The translations under genes were made by a program, and so were the position numbers. DNA of 64,000 nucleotides. Origin: Candidatus Moanibacter sp. Its GTDB lineage: Bacteria > Verrucomicrobiota > Verrucomicrobiia > Opitutales > UBA2987. The stretch lies in NCBI GenBank assembly GCA_965215885.1, contig CBDCEW010000094.1, forward strand, positions 1-64,000, read 5' to 3'. The notes under the pieces are model-generated. The model saw only the letters and a list, made by a program, of their open reading frames with translations. It did not search any database and was not told the DNA's origin. Position 1 is the stretch's first letter. Each line of letters starts with the position of its first letter. Shown in pieces: positions 49,362 through 58,005 of the stretch.

Positions 49362-50558
49362 CTACATCCAGGGCGAGAGATCGAAGCGCTGACCGGTTTC
49401 GGCGGCTACGTAGGCGCCGTAGCAGACCGCCACGATGTCGCGTGCCAATCCGATGGAGCTCTTGGGGGGCCGATCGTGAGCAATCGCCTCGCAGAAATCC
49501 TGAAGTTCGTGAGGGAAGCCGTTCATCCAGTCTTCATCCGGATTCGTAAGCTGCCAGCCGGCTCGAGTTTCAACCTTTTCGCGGATGTAGGCATCACCCA
49601 GGACTTTATCGTCCGGTACGTAGGTCATCATGCCCGAATTGGGATTCAGGTTGCACTGCACGACTGCTTTACTCGAGTAAACGGTGAGAACGTTCTGGAT
49701 TCCGCCCAGGACCATATCGGCGGCGGTGATCTGGGCTACGGCGCCGTCTTCGAAAGTGAGAATCATCGAACCCCAGTCTTCACAATCCTTCCATCCCGTC
49801 TTTATCCATTTTTCTTTTTCTTGGCAGAAGCTCTCCATCTCGGTGAGGTTGGCCACTTCCGCGACGACACTTTTGGGTTTGATAGGTTTGCCGAATTTCC
49901 GCTGCCCTTCGCTGTATTTAAGGTAGAGGATAGCTCCGAGCGGGTGACAGCCCTTGTTGAAAAGACTACCGCCGCCGGCAAAGCGCCAGATCCTGGCGTA
50001 TTCGGAGTGTGTGCCGCTATGGGATTCTTCGCCCACAAAGCGCAGTATGGTATTATCGCTCTGCGAGAGGATGTAGTCAGCCTTTTGGACGTTGGGAGCG
50101 TAGACCCAGTTCTCTCCGTAGCAAAGGGTGACACCGTTAGTTTCCACCGCGGCCATCATTTCATCAGCAGACACAAGCGCGGTCTCAAACATCTCTTTGC
50201 GGGGCGTCTCTTTTCCAACAAGCGTATCCCCGTCACCACCGAAATAGCCGGTAAGAGGCTTCTCGCAAATAACGTTCTTACCGGCGGTGGCGGCTTGCAC
50301 CGTGAGCGGATGATGGAGGTAATTCGGAATACACAAATCCACCAGGTTGATCTCCGGATCGGCAAGTAAATCCTCTACCGAAGGATAAACCTTTTCCAGC
50401 TCGTGCTCCCGGGCGAATTTTGAAGCGTTCTCGGACTCCTTCGAAGTCACGCCTTTGATGCGAACGTCGATTCCGTGCACGCGTCTGTAATTTTCCAGAT
50501 GGAAGGACGCCGCGAAGCGCGCCCCCACCATACCGATTACGACGGGTTTTGGTTTCAT
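49362..50558 (-). CDS. Gfo/Idh/MocA oxidoreductase
   Basis: GMVGARFAA, NVICEKPL, GGGSLFNKGCH. Confidence 0.92.
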   Translation of the reverse strand: MKPKPVVIGMVGARFAASFHLENYRRVHGIDVRIKGVTSKESENASKFAREHELEKVYPSVEDLLADPEINLVDLCIPNYLHHPLTVQAATAGKNVICEKPLTGYFGGDGDTLVGKETPRKEMFETALVSADEMMAAVETNGVTLCYGENWVYAPNVQKADYILSQSDNTILRFVGEESHSGTHSEYARIWRFAGGGSLFNKGCHPLGAILYLKYSEGQRKFGKPIKPKSVVAEVANLTEMESFCQEKEKWIKTGWKDCEDWGSMILTFEDGAVAQITAADMVLGGIQNVLTVYSSKAVVQCNLNPNSGMMTYVPDDKVLGDAYIREKVETRAGWQLTNPDEDWMNGFPHELQDFCEAIAHDRPPKSSIGLARDIVAVCYGAYVAAETGQRFDLSPWM

Positions 50559-50945
50559 CGGTTAATACTAGATTCGCGAAGGAGATAGGGTCAACCGCGT
50601 TCGGCAGAGTTTGCTACGAACCCGCTCAGCCGGAGACGATTTTGAAGGGACCGTTGGAAAATAATGCGCAGACAGTTAGCTCACTGATGCAGTAGCAATC
50701 CGGTGTCCAGACTCGTCGGAATACTGAATTGCTTCGCCATGCTTCCTCGCAAAGACAAGCCTCGATGCGAGTTGGTTCGACCGGGGTCCGGCTAATCGGG
50801 ACGCTCCTACATCCCTCGCGGGTAGTCGGGCAGGGTCGAAACACCTCATCACCGTCAGGCTGTAGGAGCGGCTTTATGCCGCGAGGCGAGCTGTTTCATC
50901 GCAGTCCCGCTGAGCAGTACGCTTCTACAATCTCTGGCGGGTGGG

Positions 50946-52208
50946 TCACCGGGAACCAGCTGTAGGACCGAGTCTCAATTGCTCTTTGCCGCCGAACACT
51001 TTGGCCAGGGCTTGTATGATCGACCGGAGCATCTCCTCGTCGGCGAGGAGCGTATTCTGAGTCAACCACAGGGCTTGCTCCGAACAGGCACTCTCCACAT
51101 TGCGAAGGTGAAAGCGACGGAAGTCGGGTAATTCCTGATCAAAAAATGCGGTTGGACCACCCTTTGCTCCAAAGTTTCGATCCGTGAAAAGGGGTTGCTT
51201 GTAGACGGGAAGAGAATAACCGGGACTCACGGGAATGCCTTCGGCCAGAATCGCCTCAACGATCTGCTCTTTCCCGATTTCGCCCCAGCACGCTGTGTCG
51301 ATCCTGAAGACAAAGAGATGCCAGGATGATCGCGATTCCACGTCCATCGGTGTGAGGGTTTTGAAGCCCTCTATCCCCTCGATTCCGTCCCTCAGGAAAC
51401 TCGCCGATTCCTCCCTCTGCCTCTGCAGAGACGGATAGCGATTCAGCTGCGCTTTCAAAACGGCTCCTTGAAATTCCGTTAGACGATAGTTCCCGCCGTA
51501 GCTGTGGTGATCATACCAGGGACCCTCATCTGCCCGTCCACAATTCGCTATAGAGCGGCTCGCAGCCGCGAAATCTGGATTATTCGTGATAATCATTCCG
51601 CCTTCCCCGGCCGTGATGTTCTTGGAAGATTGAAAACTGAAACATCCTGCATCACCGAGCGTTCCGACATGCCTGCCTTTGTATACACTGCCCCAGGCCT
51701 GGCAGGCGTCTTCAATAATCCGCAGATTGTGCTCTCTTGCGAGATGCCTCAACGCATCCATCTCCGCCGGCCTTCCCCCAAAATGGACGGGGAGAATTGC
51801 TTTGCTTCGAGGCGTAAGCGCTTTCAGGACGCTTCTCGGATCAATGTTGAAAGTCTCCGGCTCGATATCCACAAAGACCGGCTTTGCATAAGCGTCCAGG
51901 ATCGCCGTCGCGGATGCCACAAACGTGTAACTCGGCAGAATAACCTCATCGCCGGGCCCTATGCCTGCAGCTCTCATGGCGATGGCAAGCGCAGTCGTCC
52001 CACTCGTCGTGGCTATGCCGTATTTCGCGTTGTGGAAGTCCGCGAAGCGCTGCTCGAATTCACTGACTTCCTCTCCATTAGTCGATCCCCACTTTCCGCT
52101 TTCGAGCACGCGTATAAGTCCCTCTTTCTCCTCGTCGCCAAACACCGGCCACGCAGGAAAGGGGTTCCGGTTTGTCGGGGATCCTCCCGTTAGCGCCAAC
52201 CGCTCCAT
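50946..52208 (-). CDS. DegT/DnrJ/EryC1/StrS PLP aminotransferase
   Basis: SGTTAL, IIEDACQAWG, FSFQSSKNITAGEGG, NYRLTEFQGA. Confidence 0.95.
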   Translation of the reverse strand: MERLALTGGSPTNRNPFPAWPVFGDEEKEGLIRVLESGKWGSTNGEEVSEFEQRFADFHNAKYGIATTSGTTALAIAMRAAGIGPGDEVILPSYTFVASATAILDAYAKPVFVDIEPETFNIDPRSVLKALTPRSKAILPVHFGGRPAEMDALRHLAREHNLRIIEDACQAWGSVYKGRHVGTLGDAGCFSFQSSKNITAGEGGMIITNNPDFAAASRSIANCGRADEGPWYDHHSYGGNYRLTEFQGAVLKAQLNRYPSLQRQREESASFLRDGIEGIEGFKTLTPMDVESRSSWHLFVFRIDTACWGEIGKEQIVEAILAEGIPVSPGYSLPVYKQPLFTDRNFGAKGGPTAFFDQELPDFRRFHLRNVESACSEQALWLTQNTLLADEEMLRSIIQALAKVFGGKEQLRLGPTAGSR

Positions 52209-52672
52209 CGTTTTTAACTTGGCAATCTCCCGTACCGGCAAGCCGGGACGGGGTCGCTGATTTTCTCAAGCATCATCGTGCGCGGAGCACCCGATCCAAC
52301 TGTTGGAAAGATGCCCGTGGTGGAACCCGTCTTGGTTGCGCAAGCGCAACGCCGAGGCAGGCGGCCCCCTTGCCACGCCGTAGCTCTAACCAGCGGGATT
52401 CAGGACGGTGCGTAGGCGCGGGTCCGGGGACGTTTGTTTCATTCAGAATCTCACACAATTTCCGGGGCTTTGCAAATCCAAGGTTAAAGAAAATATGGGT
52501 TCCGCCTTGCTCGACGTCAAGATAACGGGCCTGTCGCATGCAACCGCCGCCGCCCACGCATTGCGGGGCTGTGGCGTGTCAAGAGCGAGCTTCCCATCCC
52601 GGTGGGCCAGGACCTTGACTGCTGTGGGCAGGCGTCTCTCGGTCGAGCTCGAATGTGGATGCGCGTTTGATA

Positions 52673-52713
52673 TGGCCTATGTTCGTATTTCGGCGAAATA
52701 CGAACATAGGCCA
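52673..52713. terminator. Perfect 19-bp hairpin downstream of the FtsX-like gene (terminator or processing site)
   Basis: TGGCCTATGTTCGTATTTC-GGC-GAAATACGAACATAGGCCA; no clear U-tract. Confidence 0.4.
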
Positions 52714-52743
52714 GTGTTTGGGCATCCATGGAAACGACGAGTA

Positions 52744-55700
52744 CTATTTGGGTTCTCGTGAGGAAGTGTGTGAGATTTCTTGGAGCCTGACGGACTCGGC
52801 CGAAAGGCTTCTGCCCGTTAGCCGATCTCTCGCTTCGGTGAAGAGTTCCTGGCGGTTGTCGGGGCTGAGAGCGCGCCAGTGGAGGAAATGCTGCCGGATC
52901 TGCGAGACGAAGTCTTTGTTAAGCCGGAGCCAGGAATCGCGAGTGCCGGAAAGGCGTTGGATTTCAATGCGGACTTTGTATTCCCGCGCTTCTTCATCGG
53001 GCGGCATCGCGATGGCCAGTTTCTGGGAGACGCCGAGGTCGAAGGGTTTGAGCCCGATTGTGGCCGTGATGGAAGGCACGTAGGAAGAACCACCTTGTGG
53101 ATTCGGTTCAGGATCGAGAGAGAGCTCCGGTTTCTCGGAGAAAAAGCGCCCCGCGCCTCCCTCGCCGTGGTCGAGAAGCTTTCGATCAAAGAATGCAAGG
53201 ATGCCTATGTGCCCGCGAAAGTTGAAGGTAAAGGGGAGATGGAAGCGCAGGTAGTCACCCTCCGGCTCCGGCAGGCCCCAGCCCGCATCCTCGGTAGGCG
53301 CGGCGATCTCCATGGCCGATCGGGCGGGGAAGTAAGTCGAAACCAGGACGGTGCCGAAGAGTGCGAGGGAAGCGTAAACAGTGGTGAGTGAGGTGAAGGT
53401 CATGTTGAGGCCGCCGGTCAGGTCGAGAGCGGTGAGAATACGGCCTGTGCCCTGACTCAGAGTGTATCCCAGAATCGATCCCACGACGGCATAGACGAAA
53501 GCTTCGGTAAGAAACATGAAAAAGACGTAGCGGGGAGCGATACCGAGCGAGTTGTAGACGTAAATCTCGTCGCGCCGTTCGTAAACGGATCCGCGCATCG
53601 TGTTGAGGACGGTGAAAGCGGCGATTAGCAAAGGTATGGCAAGTTCGAGAAGATCACCCAGGTCGGCCTCTCGCGTGCGCCGCGCCCAATAAGCTACACC
53701 ATCGAGGCCGTATGAAAGCGGTTTGGCGGTCTGTTCGAGGTAACTCTCGACCACCTGTCTCACTTCCTTGTGCCCGGCTTCGGGTATACCGATGGCCACG
53801 GAGATGAACCGCCCCCCTCCCTGATTGGTCATGAATCGGTGGTCGCTGTAGGGCGCAAGAATGACATTTTTGGGCGGGATCTTGGGATCGTCTTCGTTGG
53901 CCACGACACCGGTTCCCCATCCTTTGGTGGTCAACACATCGATAGCGGTAACGTCGAAGGGCAGGAGTCGGTAGCCGTCCAGATCGGTCATGGCATCGTA
54001 AGCTTCCGAGTCGAAGATACCTCGCACGAGGCATTCCTCGCCGTTAATCCAAACCGTCACGGCCTCCCTGTTGACCTCGTTGACCGAGATATTCAACCGC
54101 TCGGCCATGGTGTCGGGAATGAAAACTGGGATGAGGCTGTCGGATTCGATCTCGTCGTTCTCAGTGAACCAGGTCTCTTCGGTGAGGAAACGGATCTTGT
54201 GCCGCATCGGCTCATTGTGTTTCAAACGGATGACGGATTCGAATTCCACCTTACGCAGTCCCCCCTCTCCTTTGTAACTGATTGTAAGATCGGGATTCTT
54301 ACGTCTGCGGTCCCGGAAGTCTTCGTAGCCAATCATCATGTAGCGCGGGCAAATGTCGTATCGATCACCGTATTTTTCGTGAATTGCCTGGATTTCGCCG
54401 GCATGGAATGGCGCCATCTGCTCGTGCTTGAGGAGCAGGCCCTGGTAAGGCGCCTTTCCCACCGCGAAATTCTCCTCCACGAGGTCATCCTGAACGGAGG
54501 TGAAGCAGATAATAACGAAGGTGATCAGCGTAAGGGTGGCGCAGGTGAGACCGGTGCGGACTTTGCGGCGGTGCATATTGTTAAGGCCGAGCATGAAGGC
54601 TGAAATCATGACACCCAGCTTGTTGACCTCGGCCGCACTCACCCTTCCTCGTTTCTTCATCAGCTCGCGGAAGTTCTCCTGAAACTTTCCCGAGAAGAGA
54701 ATGGTAATCGTGATGGAGATGAGAATAATGATGAAACCCAGCAGAATCATGAGGGAAGACCGCACCATCGTGAAGGCCGGGTGGAGGAAGCGCAGGAGAG
54801 CGAACACAACGATGAAAATAACGGTCTGGGCGATGATCTGCTTGCGAACGTCGGAAAAACAGAAGAGGAGTTTTTCGAAGAAAAAGATGAAGGGGACGAG
54901 AAGAGCCAGGTACCAGAGTATACCCGCTACGGCTTCGAAAATGGACTCCCGCAGCTCGGGATGATTGAGGGTGGCGTAGGTCACCGCCTGGCGCGCTTCC
55001 TGGATCGACGCCTTCTTACTCAGGGAAGGGTCCCGGCTCTGCTCGAGGTGGGTGAGAACCTTATCGTGGTAGTCGTTTGTTCGCTCATCGGCCATGCCGT
55101 AGGCGTTCTGTAGATCGAGCCGGCGGCCATTGACATAGGCCATGGAGTGGGCCACTTCGGAAGGGAGATCGCGCAGATAAGGATGATCGCTGACGAGGTA
55201 GCCGCCGCCGTCAATTTCCCGTTTCAGGCTTTCCTTGGAAGATTCATCGACGTTTGTCATGAAGGCGCGGGTGACCTTGGCGCGTTCGTGCTCTTGAGCC
55301 CCTGACTGCAACTCCACATAACAGCGTTGGTCCGGTTCCAGAAAGGTGGCCACAAGCCCCGTGCTCTCAAAGAGACAGAATCGATCCGGAGGTACCAGCC
55401 CCTGGCTCCGGATCATCTTGACCCCCGTATACTCTTTGAGGGTCTGCGGATTGGTCAGGTCCAGAAGGGTCATGGGGGAGGCCGGGAAAAGGACGAGGGT
55501 CAGATCCTGCGCCCGCCACCACGGAACCTTGATCGACTTGAAGACCCGTTGGTTCGCATCCCCTTCGTCTTTTATATGGGATATGAAACCATCTGCTCCG
55601 ATCTTTGCGGCGAGCGGAGCGATTGTGCCCCCATCTCTCCCCACATTCCAGAATACGGGAAAATCGTTGTAGTTTTTCGATGCCTCGTAACGTCCATAGA

Positions 55701-58005
55701 CGTCGGACATGAGGATGGGATGGCGGTAGTAGCCGGGATAGGCCCACATGTTGCTGTCGGGACGGGAGCGGCAAGCGACAAGGGCATCTTTCACGGTATA
55801 ATTCGGCACGATGGATTGGCCGATCTGAGCGGCGAGAACGCGGCCGCCAAAATCCCTCCCCTGGTGGCCGTGCCAGATCTGTGTCGGTTCGAGGCTGCCG
55901 TTCCCGTGGGCCAGGGAAAGAAAGGACTCTCCGATCACCTTGAAGGTATTGGATAGCGTGCCCAATTCATGCATAAAAGGGAGGTCGACGGGAGAGGCGT
56001 AGTAAGAGTAGCTTTTCTTTCTTTCGAAGTTGTAAATGAAAATGGTGGGGTAGCCGATGTTTCCCCAGATTCGCGGCGCTTGGCGAGAGACGTTGAGGCC
56101 GATATGCCGGCCAACGGTTCGATCCTGCCACTCACCCGGGGGCGGCACTTCCAGAGCTTCCCCAATGTCCAACCGGCGCTTGGCCCGATTCATGAGACGG
56201 ATGATCGTTTTGACCGACGAATGCGAGTAGGCGGCGCCGGATCCGCTGCTCACGATCTCTGTCTCACCATTGCTGTCGGGCGGAGCGGGTGCCAGACGCA
56301 TCGAAAAGAGCCCGATTCTTTGGTATTGGCTGAAAAGGTTGAGGAGGACCACCTCCTGCTCCATCTCACGGCGATGTCGATCGTGATGGAGCACAAGTTC
56401 CTTCATACGCTCCCGGAACCGATTCCTCAGGTCATATCGCGCCACCGTCTCCGGCTTCGTCTTGAGCAAGTTAGTCATCCGGTAGCCTGTGGCGGCAAGC
56501 GCTTCGTCATATATCTGCTTTGCATGGAGATAGCCGCGTAAGGCCTCACTGCCGGCGACCTCTAGACCGCGCTCCCGTTCGATCGCGACTTTTGCTTCCG
56601 TGAGCGGCCCGCTCAGCTCGAAGGCCCGCGTCTTCACTACGTAACTAAACTGCTCTTCAGCGAGGTCGCGGATATCTCCATCCAGGCCCTTGAGGACCTT
56701 CCTGGTCGAAACCGAATCCGCCGCGAAGCCCTCTTCCTCGAACAATTCCAGAATCCTGCCAACGCGGTAACGCTGGCGTTCGTTCTCCTCCCAGCGCTCT
56801 TCCAGGTAGACCTGCCGGCGGTCGCCCGCATCCATCGTCGTGCCCACGATGCGATCGCGGTCCGGATCGAATTTACCCAATTGCAGCGTTCGTTCCGGCT
56901 GAAAGTCCTGATTCTTCTTCCCGATGACACGCAGGAGGTTGTTGTGCCCCCCTTCGGCCAGGGCGCTGGAACCCAGGCTCGCGAAAATGATGTCCCGCCG
57001 CCGTGTCTCTTCGTAAGGCAAGAGGCCCTCGAGGAGGCGGAGTTGGACTACCGGAGCGAGCGCCGAAAGGACACCCGGTGCCCGGTCGGGAAGAATGGAT
57101 GGGGTGTCGTATGGGACCGTGAAGAGGATTGCTTCTTTGGACGGCTCGGGAGCCTTGAGGACTCCGAACAGACTGACGTTGTTGACTCTCCGGAAGTCGA
57201 CCCGAACGCGAAGACGGATGGTTTCACCGATGTAGCGGAAAATACCCTCCGTAGCCGCCAATCGTACGTAGTTGATGGGAACGCTGGAGACCATGGCCCA
57301 GGTCCCACGACTCGGGGAAAACTTCACCCAGGGGGCTTCGTTAAGACCTTCTGAATGGGAGACGAGGAGGGCTTCCATTCCCAGGTTGGCATAGCGGGTC
57401 CAGTCGAAAAGGTATTCCCTGGGCACTCTTTCTTCGAGGCTGTCAATGAGCCCGATGCATCCGTCGAAGCTTCGCCGGGTATTGAGCGTCTCCTCGTCCA
57501 GGAGAACGAGTTCTCCCGTGATTCCGCCGGGTGGCGTCACTACCGGCTGCAGGAAATTCGGCATGAAAGGGTAAATCGAGACGTCCTCGATCGGTTCCAG
57601 CCCTGGCGCCTGAGCGGTGCTGTCGTTACGCACCCGATAGATCTCCCGGTAGGCCGTCTGTGGAGCGACGGTTTGAAACTCCTGGGTATAGATCTCGAGA
57701 CCGGCTCGCTCGAATGCGGCACGGATGTAATCGGCGGTCCGATAATATCCGGGCTGGCCGGCGAAACGCGAACCGAGATCGAGAAATGCTCGGTGTTCCC
57801 TGTCTACTCGATCTACCTGGATCGCCTTCTGCATTGGTGCGGTAGGATACTCCTCGTAGGCAACGAAGCGTTCAAAGAGCTGTTCCGGTGCGGCGAAGCG
57901 AGAATAGACCAGGATCAGAATCAGAAAGAGAACAAGACATAGCGCTGCTGCCCCTATCCGACTCGGAAGGGATCTACCGCGAAGCCTTGACCCTCCATCA
58001 GACAT
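52744..58005 (-). CDS. Giant (about 1750 aa) membrane protein: M28-peptidase-like N-region plus FtsX-like permease
   Basis: N-term TM then LGSRFAGQPG...ADYI; C-term NTMRGSVYERRDEI...GIAP, FLTEA; ATG 58005 overlaps the upstream TGA. Confidence 0.75.
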   Translation of the reverse strand: MSDGGSRLRGRSLPSRIGAAALCLVLFLILILVYSRFAAPEQLFERFVAYEEYPTAPMQKAIQVDRVDREHRAFLDLGSRFAGQPGYYRTADYIRAAFERAGLEIYTQEFQTVAPQTAYREIYRVRNDSTAQAPGLEPIEDVSIYPFMPNFLQPVVTPPGGITGELVLLDEETLNTRRSFDGCIGLIDSLEERVPREYLFDWTRYANLGMEALLVSHSEGLNEAPWVKFSPSRGTWAMVSSVPINYVRLAATEGIFRYIGETIRLRVRVDFRRVNNVSLFGVLKAPEPSKEAILFTVPYDTPSILPDRAPGVLSALAPVVQLRLLEGLLPYEETRRRDIIFASLGSSALAEGGHNNLLRVIGKKNQDFQPERTLQLGKFDPDRDRIVGTTMDAGDRRQVYLEERWEENERQRYRVGRILELFEEEGFAADSVSTRKVLKGLDGDIRDLAEEQFSYVVKTRAFELSGPLTEAKVAIERERGLEVAGSEALRGYLHAKQIYDEALAATGYRMTNLLKTKPETVARYDLRNRFRERMKELVLHHDRHRREMEQEVVLLNLFSQYQRIGLFSMRLAPAPPDSNGETEIVSSGSGAAYSHSSVKTIIRLMNRAKRRLDIGEALEVPPPGEWQDRTVGRHIGLNVSRQAPRIWGNIGYPTIFIYNFERKKSYSYYASPVDLPFMHELGTLSNTFKVIGESFLSLAHGNGSLEPTQIWHGHQGRDFGGRVLAAQIGQSIVPNYTVKDALVACRSRPDSNMWAYPGYYRHPILMSDVYGRYEASKNYNDFPVFWNVGRDGGTIAPLAAKIGADGFISHIKDEGDANQRVFKSIKVPWWRAQDLTLVLFPASPMTLLDLTNPQTLKEYTGVKMIRSQGLVPPDRFCLFESTGLVATFLEPDQRCYVELQSGAQEHERAKVTRAFMTNVDESSKESLKREIDGGGYLVSDHPYLRDLPSEVAHSMAYVNGRRLDLQNAYGMADERTNDYHDKVLTHLEQSRDPSLSKKASIQEARQAVTYATLNHPELRESIFEAVAGILWYLALLVPFIFFFEKLLFCFSDVRKQIIAQTVIFIVVFALLRFLHPAFTMVRSSLMILLGFIIILISITITILFSGKFQENFRELMKKRGRVSAAEVNKLGVMISAFMLGLNNMHRRKVRTGLTCATLTLITFVIICFTSVQDDLVEENFAVGKAPYQGLLLKHEQMAPFHAGEIQAIHEKYGDRYDICPRYMMIGYEDFRDRRRKNPDLTISYKGEGGLRKVEFESVIRLKHNEPMRHKIRFLTEETWFTENDEIESDSLIPVFIPDTMAERLNISVNEVNREAVTVWINGEECLVRGIFDSEAYDAMTDLDGYRLLPFDVTAIDVLTTKGWGTGVVANEDDPKIPPKNVILAPYSDHRFMTNQGGGRFISVAIGIPEAGHKEVRQVVESYLEQTAKPLSYGLDGVAYWARRTREADLGDLLELAIPLLIAAFTVLNTMRGSVYERRDEIYVYNSLGIAPRYVFFMFLTEAFVYAVVGSILGYTLSQGTGRILTALDLTGGLNMTFTSLTTVYASLALFGTVLVSTYFPARSAMEIAAPTEDAGWGLPEPEGDYLRFHLPFTFNFRGHIGILAFFDRKLLDHGEGGAGRFFSEKPELSLDPEPNPQGGSSYVPSITATIGLKPFDLGVSQKLAIAMPPDEEAREYKVRIEIQRLSGTRDSWLRLNKDFVSQIRQHFLHWRALSPDNRQELFTEARDRLTGRSLSAESVRLQEISHTSSREPK

